Translations under genes and position numbers: made by a program | In this document: piece after piece, positions 35,440 to 46,068 of the stretch | How positions within the stretch are numbered: the first letter of the stretch is position 1 | Layout: every line of letters begins with the position of its first letter | DNA from: Camelus ferus | Taxonomy: Eukaryota | Length of the DNA stretch: 64,000 nucleotides | Direction: 5' to 3' | NCBI RefSeq assembly: GCF_009834535.1 | Contig: NC_045698.1 | Location: forward strand, 746,001-810,000 | The notes under the pieces: model-generated | The model's input: the letters and a program-made list of their open reading frames with translations, nothing else | The model's database searches: none | What the model was told of the DNA's origin: nothing

Positions 35440-35700
35440 GGCCGGCAAGAGGAGGGGGTCTGCGCAGAGGAAGGGGCGGGGCCGGGAGGAGGAAGGGGCG
35501 GGGTCGCGGGAGGCCGGCAGCCCCGCCCTTCACCCGCCCTCCGGGTGAGGGTGAGGCCCGGTGTTTGCACAGGTACCACGAGGACCTGTCCCCACCGCTC
35601 AGCTGTCCCGAGGCCGCCTCTCCACCCACGCGCCGCGACCCCTCCCAGGCTCAGGGGTCGCGCGAGGGTCGCACAGAGGAGAGGCCCTGTGGTACCTGAG
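34500..35700. promoter_or_regulatory. CpG island over the TERT promoter, exon 1 and the 5' part of exon 2
   Basis: Very high GC and dense CpG by eye; boundaries approximate. Confidence 0.8.
35221..35439 (-). CDS. TERT: TERT exon 1 coding part (ATG at 35439)
   Basis: gcc[35 protein letters not shown]...APSFRQ|gtgggc. Confidence 0.96.
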
Positions 35701-35800
35701 GGAGGGGACCATAACGTGGGGTCCCTGAGGGCGGAGTTCGGCGCCCCCTGGGGGGCGGGTCCTTCTGGTTTGTCACTTTATCACGTGGCCGTGACCGGCC
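35440..35800 (-). promoter_or_regulatory. TERT core promoter (TATA-less, GC boxes, ETS cores, E-box)
   Basis: GGGGCGGGG boxes at 35473-35481 and 35495-35503, further GC boxes at 35521-35540, GGAAG cores, and CACGTG at 35782-35787, immediately upstream of the ATG. Confidence 0.8.
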
Positions 35801-37949
35801 CTTGAGGGATGCTCTGGGGTCCAGCAGGGGCTTTGGAAGGAGCAGGACAGCTGACATATAGTGATGTGCAAAGAGGAGAACGGATGCCACCGCGCTGGCC
35901 AGGTGGGCGGGACAAACCAAGGGCTCGGGCGCATCCTCGACGGTCAGGCCCGGCAGCGGTGCTGCTCCCAGAGCTCCTCCCGGCGCGGCTGCGGGCAGCG
36001 GGCAGCAGCAGCCGACTTGGTCTCCTCCACCCCGGTCTGTAGCTTCTTTTTGAGGATTCTTTGGCTTCTGTGGTCCCCACCTTAAACAGAAACCCCCAAA
36101 TCTATTCCCTTTGAATCACCCGGCCCGTGGGTCAGCCAAAGCAAGGGGAGGCGACAGAGGCACAGGCTCGGTTTCTGGGGGGCACTGCCTGCAGGCTCCA
36201 TCCCTGGGGGGCTTTGTCTGCAGGCTCCTGGCACCTGCCCATGGCTCCCTTCACACCAGAGCCCGAGGAGGGTGTGACTGCAGGTCAAGGGCCTCCCACA
36301 GGCTTGCAGCCCCAGGAAGAGCCAGAAGCCCTCGCCTTCCAGCCAGTGGCAGAGGCACTCCCCAGACTCGGGGGGCAGTTTGACTGTCACATGCACAAGA
36401 TGGTTCAGAGCACTCACCTAATGAGCTTTCACCCAAACCCAGAGCTGCAGGATGTTCAGGTTCGAATCCCTTGGAGTCGGGAAACTTGCAAGTCTCTGGA
36501 GGCTTGTGGGGATGAAGCACCTGAATTTGGCAAACACCGAACTGCTGAAACTTTGGAATTGGTGTTTGATCATGGCCAGAGCATTTACACAGGCTTCTGC
36601 TCTCCCTCCGCTGGGCAGGGCTCCCCATTTACCTGCTTGCTCCGGGTCTGCCCGCTGGGCTTGTTAACAGTCGGGACTAGGGCTGCCTGTCCTGGAAGTC
36701 CACTGGGTGAGCACCGTGAGGTCTCTGAGGCTTGCTTCTTTCTGCCACTTGAGGATTTGGGGTGGCTTTGGGAAATTTGGTCTTTTCCAACAGCAAGAAA
36801 CCAGAGAAACCAGCATGGAAATCCTAATTGTGAAAAAAAAAAAAAAGAGAGAGAGACCGAACCTTACACGAGTGTGGCTAATGCTGTGCTGGCGGTGAGG
36901 AGCCTCTTCCAGCTCGACCAGAAATGTCTCACCTTCCGCATCCTCTCTTCACGTTACACGTCAGTCAGTCTGTCTCTGGGAAGCTGGCGATGCTTTAAAT
37001 CGCTGCATCATAAAACATGGAAATGTTCCCAGGCAGCAGTTCCTACTGTTGGCTAACGATGAAATACAGCAAAATCCAACTCTGGAACTTCTGGAAGTCA
37101 ACGGATGGACATCACACTTCACGCCTGAAGTTTCCCAACAGAGTGGATTCTGTGCCAGGAGCCAACTACTGATGTGTGATTGTCACTGGAGGGACTAGCA
37201 GGCCCCCCCAACCAGTGACACACACCCCGACCCTGAGGGGTGTCCAACAGCGTGTGCGCAGCGGTTGGACACTGGGCTGCTCTCGGGAGTAGGTGCAGAG
37301 CCTGCTGGTCTGCGGGCCTGGAGCTGTCCCCGCCCGGCTGCAGAGACGGCACTGGGCCGCTGTCCCTGGTCGGTGAGGAGCCACAGCAGATGGCGAAGAG
37401 GGTGAATGTACCCAAAGGAGGGAGAAAGGAACTCCACAGACTCCGACTGTTGAGCCTGGCTTGGGGCCTGGCCGGTGTTTAAATTACTGATTAAGCCGTT
37501 GGTTCGAGAGCAGGGCTGTCCTTCGTGGGGCCACATGTTGCTTCTTGTGTTCGCTGCCACTGGCCTCGGGGGCGCCCCAGTCCTGCCGGTGCGGGAGGGC
37601 CCTGCGTGTGGGTGGAGACAAGTGCAGTGCAGGGTCCGGCACCCCCGTGCCCACTGGACGGCACCCCTGGTGTGCGGCGCCTGCTCCACCACCTGGGCAC
37701 CCTGGGGACATGGCATCCGTGCCTCTGATGTGCAGCCACGACCCGAGACGGCACCAGGACCCAAACCAGTCTCAGCTGGTGAGACTGGCTGCCAACAGCA
37801 CAACGCAATGGGACACACGCAAACTTCTGACCACAGTGGGGTAGAGACAAACAGCCCAACGTGCCCCCAAGCCCAGCGCTGGGGCCTGAGGGCCAGACGC
37901 TAGTGGCAGGGAGGAGAGAGAGAGAGAGATGGCCCTTGGGCCCTACCAG

Positions 37950-38145
37950 GACCCTCCAGGCTCTCTGACTAACCTCTGCTCTGTTGCCACTGCTCCCTCC
38001 CTGACCTGACAAGGGCCCTCCGACTGACTTAGGGTCCACCTTGCCCAGGATCATCTCTCATCTGCAAAGTCCCTTGTGCCGGGAGGTCATGCTCCCAGGT
38101 TCCAGGATCAGGAAGGGGCACCCCTGAGGCATTACTCTGACCACG
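37950..38145 (-). mobile_element. MaLR LTR (MLT1-like) remnant
   Basis: catctgcaaagtcccttgtgcc..aggttccaggatcagga..cattactctgaccac. Confidence 0.5.
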
Positions 38146-38764
38146 ACACTCAGGGCGGCAGAGAGAGTGCAGCTGCTCAGGGGAAACGGCTCTGCCCTCG
38201 GGTCCCTTTCCCAGCGCCCCTGGTGGTCACTCCCGCGTGACTCAGTGGACAGAGCCAGACCCTGGTGCAGCCTGTGGGTAGAGGTTGATGGCATTCTGTC
38301 GCCTGTGTAGGCTGGTGTGACCAGCACTGCCATCAGCATACACAACTGTCCTGCCATCTCCGGGAGGCCCTGTGTGGTGCCCGTCACACCCCCCACCCTG
38401 CTGACCAGGAGCCTGCTCTGTGGTGAAACCCTGTCCCTTCAAGACAGTTACGAAGATGGAAAGTACCACAGGTGAGCTCTGACACTGGTTTTTCCCCTCG
38501 CCGTGGCCCTGCGCTGCGTGTCATCTGTCACCTGCTCGCCGTGACCCTGTGCTGTGTGTCATCGTCTGTCCCTTGGATCTCAGGACAGCATTCTAGGCCC
38601 GGGAGTGCAGCTACGTTACCCCGTGGCTCCTTGAGGGGCCCCTGGGTCTCTCCCTCGTTGGAGCTACGACAGATGCAGCTGCTGGACAGCTGACTGGGAG
38701 TTTGTGAGCAGTATTCATAATTACATGAGTGTCCCTAACCTGGGGTCCGTGCCCAGGGGTCATG

Positions 38765-38910
38765 TCCTAGGCACTTGTTAGTCTTCTGTTCTGCAGGGGC
38801 TGCGCCAACTTGCATTCCAACCAGCAACTTAGGAGAGTCCCCGTTTCTCCGAGTCCTCGCCTGCATTTGGTGGTGTCACTGATTTTTGCTGCAGGTGCTC
38901 TGACAGAGGG
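38765..38910 (-). mobile_element. L1 ORF2 3' fragment
   Basis: ttgcattccaaccagcaacttaggagagtccccgtttctccgagtcctcgcctgcatttg; minus-strand translation KISDTTKCRRGLGETGTLLSCWLECKLAQPL resembles the Cys-rich C-terminus of L1 ORF2. Confidence 0.65.
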
Positions 38911-40789
38911 GGGTGTAGACGAGAGAAACTTGCTGGTCCTGAGAGGCCTTGACTCCTGCAGGGCCAGAGACGCCCGGGAGGAGGCGCCTGGACACGCATC
39001 TGGGCACTGGCTGCCACCCCAAGACCTGCACTTGGCTGAGGTGGGACTGGCTCTGAGAAGGGATAAGTGACTGACGGAAGGGGCACTGGCCTTCACGGTA
39101 GTCGCTGAGAGACAGGGAGGCACAGCACTGAGGCAGGCTTGGGGATCAGCGTTTAGGAAGCATTTTCTGAAGAAGCAAAGGGGTCAGAGGCACTGGACTT
39201 CCTCCTGGCACCAGAGGGCAAGGCAGGTGGCCTGTGGGGAAGGGGACAGAGCGGAGGACACAGAAGCTGCAGGACCACCCGCATGGGAGGGGACGGCTGT
39301 CCTGCCAGGCCTGGGGGGAGGGTGGTCCATCCTGGCTCCCAGGTTTCTGCCTCCAGGGAACCCACCGCCCAGCCGCCACTGTTCCCCGTCCTGGGGGTGC
39401 AGAGCAGCCCGTTTTATCATCTCCCCGGTTCTGTCGGTCCGGAGACTGGCTGTTTTCCGGGGGCAGAGTCACACTTGGGTGTGTTTTGTGGTGGTGTGTC
39501 ACATGTCAGGCTCACTGGAGCAGTTCTTAATCTTAGCGGTAAGGAGAACCAACACTAAGGAGGGTCTTCGTTTATGCAGAGCTTTACATCCACATGGCTT
39601 CCTGCTCAGCAGCCCGCCCACCCAGCAGCCCTGGGGAGGAGGTGGGCAGGCGTCCCCAGCTTTTCTTACAGGTGCAGAGGTGGTGGCTTCCTGAAAAGCC
39701 CCGATAATTTGGGGGCAGAGCTGGGACACAGGCCCAGGTTCCCCGAGTGCAGGTCCGGGGTCCCCCATGGCAGCCGGCTGGCACCCGGGAGCTGAAGTCA
39801 GCCAGGAGAAGAGGCAGAGGTTGTGTGTGCAGGGGGAGGGGACCGGGGGCTGGGGGACGTGGCTCCACCGGGTCATAGCTGCCGGGGGCGGGGGCGGGGT
39901 GGGGGCTGCTCCCAGGAGAACTCATCCTTCCACTTTCTCAGCGGACGAGCCTTTCATCTCCTCCCCCGGCGGCTTGGCCACTAATCCGTCCTGACCCGTT
40001 TCCACATCTTTGTGTACTTTCTCCTGCACCTTAAACCACCTTATGAAAACCAATAAAAAGTGCTTAGGACTAAAAATCCCTCCAAACAGGGTATTCAGTC
40101 CTTGCACTTTGACAAACACGGTTCAGCTCCTCTTACACACGTGACTTCCACTTTCTGCACCCTTGAAAGTTATTTGATGAAATTTAAGAAAGCAGTAAGA
40201 TAAAATTATCCCGTCGGTTGCTGAACAGTGGAATTTACTTACAGAATTAAGTCAGTTAATCGCTCCTGGCCCAGCCACGTCCTGGTTCCCTGGTGGGCCA
40301 GGCACAGGGCGGGGTGCCTCTGTGAGGTCCTCACCAGGTCCCAGAGAAGCTCAGGGCAGATCAGCTCCCATGCGCAAGAGCAAGGTGGGAGGGGAGAAAA
40401 GAGGCGACGACCACAAAGCCAGGGCTCCCAAGTGTCACTGGGAGGGGAGTGAGCGGGAACTTCCCGCAGGCACAGCCCCGTCACTGGTCGGGATCAAAGG
40501 CAGGTGGAATCCGCCAGTCCGGGTTTCTGCCCCTTCCACTCGGCCGGGAAGCACCAGGACCATCTCAGAAGAGCCCAGGTCAGAGCATCACACCCCCCAG
40601 AGCCTTCTCGTTGCTCCTAGAATAAAATTCAGACTCTTCACCCTGGCTTCCAGAGCGGACGTCACCTGGTCCCGGTCGGTCCCCGGGCTTGCACACTTCT
40701 GTGAACCGAGGCCTTGGAAGATCTGACGTCAGTTCATGCTCACAGAGCCCTGGGGGCTGGTGCTCCCGATGAGGAATTCTCAACCCTTC

Positions 40790-41620
40790 AGGCTTCCAGA
40801 CGCCTACAGATCAGTTGTGACGAAATATGAGCCCACAATCAAAAGCCTCCAAAAGCGCGGGAGGACGAAGTACCGCGAGTGAGGGCAGACACAGACGAGC
40901 ACCGCAACGGCGGGGCCAGGGCCGCAGGCTCTGCGGCCGCTGAGGGACACCACAGCACGTGCCCAGCTGTCTCCTGGCGGAGGACAGAAGCGGGGGACAA
41001 GGTGTGACCTCAGGGCAGGACCACTGGAACACACCGGGAGGATCTCAAGGGAATCAAATCGAACTTCTAGAACCACAATAAAAAATTCAGTAAAATGAAC
41101 CAAGCACCAACGCAGGGAACATCAGCAATGTGGAAAAACAGCCCTGACTTCAGCGCGAGGGACAAGGAGACTGAGAACAACAAGAGGCCAGAGACACAGC
41201 ATCGTGGCGAGAAGAGGGCGCTTCTGGGAGAGCCCGGCTGAGACCGTCCTGCGACAGAGCCGCGGACACGCTGTTGAAGTGAGCGCCCCACGGCGGCAGG
41301 AGAGCCGGGTGCAGAGGACACGCGGCTCCTGCAGAGGGGCTGGCACGCCGCAGCCTTGCCAGCAGCAACAGACACTTGGGAAGACGCCGAGACACCCGCA
41401 GCGCCGGGAGGAGCCTGTCTGCCTGGAGAGTCTCAATAAGGAGGGTGAAACAAGACTTGCTGACTGCAGTGAGCCTGGAGGGGTTTCCAAGCAGCCGCCT
41501 CTCAAAGGGATGTGCGTCCAGAAGGAAGGTCTGGTGTAAGAAACGGGAGCAGGGACAGCAGATGAGAGGAAGGAAGACCTCACCGTGAGGCTCGGGAAGA
41601 AACAAGCTAAGACACTGACG
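40790..41620 (+). mobile_element. Possible decayed L1 ORF1 region
   Basis: aatcaaatcgaacttctagaaccacaataaaaaattcagtaaa and gagggtgaaacaagacttgc..gcagccgcctctcaaagg resemble L1 ORF1 sequence. Confidence 0.4.
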
Positions 41621-41879
41621 TAACAGCCCTGAAGTTTGGGGGTGACCGAGCGAGACGTTCCAGAGGTCTCCCCGCGACATCTGAACGACGCGGCCGGTGG
41701 GGGGGCAGGAAGCCCCCGCCCCAGACTTCCGGAGGGCACCAGCGCTGGCGTCGTTTCTTCCCTCGGTGTCAGGTGGGCACACTGAGAAGCCACCTGGCCC
41801 TCGAGTTCTCTCGGTGGGAGCTGACTTTTCGGAACAGAGGGCTCTTCAGTCACCGATTTCTTCTTGTGGGGGTTTTGGT

Positions 41880-43730
41880 GGTTTGTGTCTCTCAGGGCAT
41901 TTGTCCTCGTGTCCACACTGTTGGCTGTACTGGCACAAAGTGACCCAGGATTTTCTCTTGCTGTTCTTTAAATGTGTAGAATCTGGAGTGATGCCACCTC
42001 CCTCAAAACTGGCACCATGACTGTGTTTTCCCTCTTTCTCCTAATCAGTCTGGCTGGAGGCGTCTTCATTTTATCAGTCTTCTCAAAGAACCCGGTTTCG
42101 AGCTCATTGGCATTCCGTGTCGTCTGTTCTGCCACTGGCTTTTGCTCTGATACTTATTACATCTTCTGCTGCCTCTGGGTCTCATCCGCTCTCTTGGTTT
42201 GAGGCGGCAGCTGCAGGCACTGCGCGTCTGCCGGGCCGCGGACGCCCTGCGTGCTTCAGCTGCGCTCCGGCTCGCTGCCAGAAACACAGCCTTGGGCGTT
42301 TTGTGTTCGTTTTCATTTTCATTCCGTTCAGAATACTTTCTCATTTCCCTTTTGTTTCTTCTTTGATCCATGGTATATTTCAAGTGTGATACTTAATTTC
42401 CAAACTCATGGTGATCTTCCCAGATCTTTCTGCTGTTGGGGCTAAAGAATGTAATTTGCATGACTTTAATCATTTTAAATTTACTTAGGCTGCTTTTATG
42501 GCCCAGAATATCCTTTCTTGATAAATGTATTATATACTCTTGAGAAGAATGTGTGTACTTCTGATGGGGGTGGGGTGGCTACAAACAGGTCCCGTGGGAC
42601 GACTGTGTCTGCTTCCCGTGCTCCAACAGAGGACACCTTACACTTGGTGGGTCGCTACTGAGACGGGCGCTGAAACCTCCTCCAGCTGTGGACTCCACTG
42701 CCTCTCCCTGCATTTCTAACCAGTTTTGTTCCGTGTGCTTTAAAGCTCTGTTACTGGGCACACAGACGTTTAGGCCTGATGTGTCCTTCTGACGAACCGA
42801 TGCCTGTGTTTTTATGGAACGACTATTTTGTGGTAATGTTATTTCTCTGAAACCTACGTTTCCTGATGTTGACATGGTGGATTTCCTCTCAGGCTTTGAT
42901 TTTTAACCATCTGTGTCCTTGGATCTTGCTTTTTAAAGTCAGTCTGGCAATCACTGCCTTTTAATTGGGGTGTTTAGACCATTTACATTTGATGTGATTA
43001 CTGATATGGCTGGGTTTAAATCTGTGATTTTGCTGCTGGTTTTCGATTTGCCCCAACTGTTTTCTGCTCCTCTTTCCATATTGTTCTGCCTTCTGCATTG
43101 AGTATTTTTTTTGGAGGGGAGGGGAGGTAATTAGGTGTATCTATTTATTAATTTATGTATTTTAATGGAGGTACTGGGGATTGCTAAGCACGCGCTCTGC
43201 CACTGAGCTACGCCCTCCCCTCCTGTCCTGAGTAGTCTGTCTCCTTTACTGAGCGTTTTATTCTAGAGGTCGCTGTCGGGTTTATGGTGTGTCTGGAACC
43301 TGTCTCACTCAGCCTGGAATCACATCGCATCTCACACCCGGTGTGAGAGCGTCCACTGCCCCCCTCCTGCGTCTGTGCTGGCGCTCATACATGTCCCCCC
43401 ACAAGTTATGAGCCCCACAAAACATTGTTATTATTTTGGATTTAAGTGGCTTGTTACTTTGCAAGATAATGTAAGTGATATGAAAGTCAGTCAGTTCTTA
43501 CCCATGTGGTTACTGCTTCTGGTGCCCTCCGTCCTCTGTGTAGATCAGATTTCCACCCACCTGGCACCATCATCTGCTGCTGGAAGACCTCCCTGCAACA
43601 TTTCTTGTGGAGCAGATTTGCTGTGAATTCTTCCAGCTCTGGCGTGTCTGTAAAGTCTAATTTTTTAATGTATTTTGAGATGCACTTTCGTTGGTGAAGA
43701 ATTCTAAGTTAGCAGCATCTCTTCTATAAC
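41880..43730 (-). mobile_element. Ancient L1 remnant (inter-ORF plus ORF2 endonuclease region), interrupted by a SINE
   Basis: Minus-strand peptides LNVCVPSNRALKHTEQNWLEMQGEAVESTAGGGFSARLS and KREMRKYSERNENEN resemble L1 ORF2 (LNIYAPN...GDFNTPLS and REIKKYLE.NENEN). Confidence 0.75.
43105..43220 (-). mobile_element. Second Vic-1-like SINE, internally deleted
   Basis: Same head (GGGGAGGGCGTAGCTCAGTGGCAGAGCGCGTGCTTAGC) and tail (GTACCTCCATTAAA...cctaattac, poly-A) as the copy at 31030-31158. Confidence 0.8.
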
Positions 43731-45566
43731 AGGGGTGGTGTGTGCTGAGGGGTGAAGGCAGGCTCCCACGCTCATTCGGGGCAGCCACCGCTTCAAGTTG
43801 GAGGCGCCCACCTGCCCAGGCAGGTGTGGAGCCCTGACCGAAATCAGGAGCTGAGCTCCCCCTGGTGTCCTAGTTGACTGCAAGCTTTCCACCTGTCCCC
43901 AGTAATCTGTCTCAGGGTAGGCAAGTTAACAGTGTCTAAGGCCTGTAACAAACAACTTGAGAATGACGTGCTCCTGAAAACCCTGAAGTCATCACAAATA
44001 GCCTTCATGTTATGAGGATCAAGGGTGCTCCAGGAAAAAACCCGCCCAGGCAGCACCACGGCCGGTGGGAGGAACTGGGAGATGGGGTCCAGATGGCTGC
44101 TCGCTCAGGCCGCGGGCATGGGGCACCACGGGCAGGGGGTGGGCAGTCCTGCACGGGCGGGGGGGGGGGTCACTCAGCACAGCCGATTGACTCTTAGGAC
44201 ACTGCAGTGACCAGAGCACGGCCTGAGGGCGAATCGGGAGCCAGAATGCCCAGTCCTGAAGCCGGCAGGGCTTCAGGCCTTATACTCACACTCCACCTGA
44301 ATGTTTAAAGTCCTGCTTATCTTAAAAAATAAGATAAACGTGCAATTACAGCTTTTAGAAAGAACAGCCTGTGACTTTCTATCAACTAAACGTGTCTTAA
44401 AAGAACATGACTTCAGCAGCCAGAGGACAAGGCGGCCCATGGGCAACGGGATCTGCAGCCTGGGGGCCCCAAGACCCAGGGCTCGGGCCCCTTGGCGACG
44501 ACTGAGTGGCCAAGGAGCGGGACGTGCACCCCGCTGACTGCCCACAGGGCTCCCCCACCACCGCGTCTGGAAACCTGGCAATCGGGCCCGCCGTCAGGTC
44601 CACAGCACTGCTTGTGACGACCTTTACGCCCCCTGAAACGAAGGCAGGTGTCTCAGCAGAAGCAACAGCCCTCCCGACAGCGTCTCCCTCTGAAACTGAA
44701 GCGAGAGGGCCGAGGGCCAGCTGCGCGGCTTCCAAGGCACGGCTAAGCTTTGCCGGATGCCACCTTTATGGAGCTGGGCCACAGGCCTGAGCGCCACTGT
44801 GTGTGGCTCGTGCCAGAGCCCCCGGGCACGGGCCTCCCAAGTGAGGCTTGGAATAGCCCTTCCGCCATGAATCTCATCAGTGCCCCAAGCGAACGTGCCC
44901 CATGGATCTCAGAGAAGCCCCCAGCCCCAAATAAAATGAGTGACTGAAAACCCGTGGGCGTGGAGAGGGTGAGACCCTATGGCAACCTGACCTTCAGGGA
45001 GTGCCCTCCACACGGCCTGGCTGGAGGATCCGACTGTGGGGCCCTGCCTGGAAGACCCAAGATGTTTCTCTCAAGTGGAGCGAGGCCACTGGGCTCTGAT
45101 GACCGCTGCTGGCCCCTCGGTCAGTTCTGTGTGGGGACGTGTGGAGGGGCACATGGTCCTGACCACAAGAGCCACCTCCAGCCTCCGGCCACCTCAGCCA
45201 CACATGCCAGGGGCAGGGCCACTGATGACCTTCTGAGACCACAGCCCGCCAGTGTAGACAGCGCCACGGGTGACCTCAGGATGATGGAGACTGGATTCCC
45301 TGCTCTTCTCCCACCGCGCTAACCTACAGAATTTCTCTACCAAAGGCCCTGGTCCATCTGACCCCTCACGAGTGTGATGATTCAATAGCAGACGTGATTG
45401 CTTAAGAACAGTCATGACCTGAAGGCTTGGGAGACAGTCTTTAAATCTGCACCTTTTCACAAACATACATCGTGTGCTCATTTCCAGGAGTGGGGTAAAC
45501 TCACGTATGGATCTGAAACACCTTCCACACGGTGCCAGGCTGGGAGAAATGTGACAGCCAGAGAAA

Positions 45567-45572
45567 TTTATT
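45567..45572 (-). terminator. CLPTM1L polyadenylation signal AATAAA
   Basis: AATAAA on the minus strand about 425 nt after the stop, preceded by tandem UGUA motifs (atgtatgtatg) and a U-rich stretch. Confidence 0.75.
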
Positions 45573-45995
45573 TTAAAATAGAAACATACATACATTAAGC
45601 TTTAAAACAGTCAAATTTTAAACAAAAAGGAAAAAAGCCTTTGACCCCAGAGTCTACACGGAATGGATTTAAAGAGGCGTTTGACGTTCCTTCTGGGAGC
45701 ACTCACGGACAGCGTGAGACTGAATCCATGCCTCCCTGTGCGGCGTCTGCGGGCGGGCAGGGGACGTACGTGGCAGTGATGGTGCCGCCCCTGCAGACAC
45801 TGGGCGCGCCCATGGCGGCAGATGACGCGTTGCACGCTGGGGGCACCCTAAGTGCTGTGTGTCCCAGACACGATGTGAGGGATCCAGGAGATGTGAGGGC
45901 CTTCAGAGACTTTGGCAACGCAGAAGAGGCGGCGTCCAGGAGTCCCAACAAGAGCATCCGGATGCGCGGCCAGCACCCAGGCCTGCTGCGCGCGG

Positions 45996-46068
45996 CTAGT
46001 CCGTGCGGGGCTTCTCCTCGTAGGACTCGCCGAACTCGTTCACTCTGCTCTTATCCACAGGATAAAGC
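45996..46068 (-). CDS. CLPTM1L: CLPTM1L exon 17 coding part, TAG stop at 45998-45996
   Basis: ttgcag|[23 protein letters not shown]. Confidence 0.94.

Noticed and set aside
33760..35448. 562-aa ORF as a stand-alone protein
   Set aside because: It is TERT exon 1 + open intron 1 + exon 2. The listed start is a TTG; the true ATG is at 35439.
34588..35805. 405-aa plus-strand ORF antisense to TERT exons 1-2
   Set aside because: Non-ATG start, low-complexity G/A/R/P composition and no recognisable domain; an expected shadow of a very GC-rich coding region.
36127..37056. 309-aa ORF divergent from the TERT promoter
   Set aside because: GTG start, no recognisable motif, and it runs through an A-tract/GA repeat. 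A divergent non-coding RNA cannot be excluded, but nothing in the sequence supports one.
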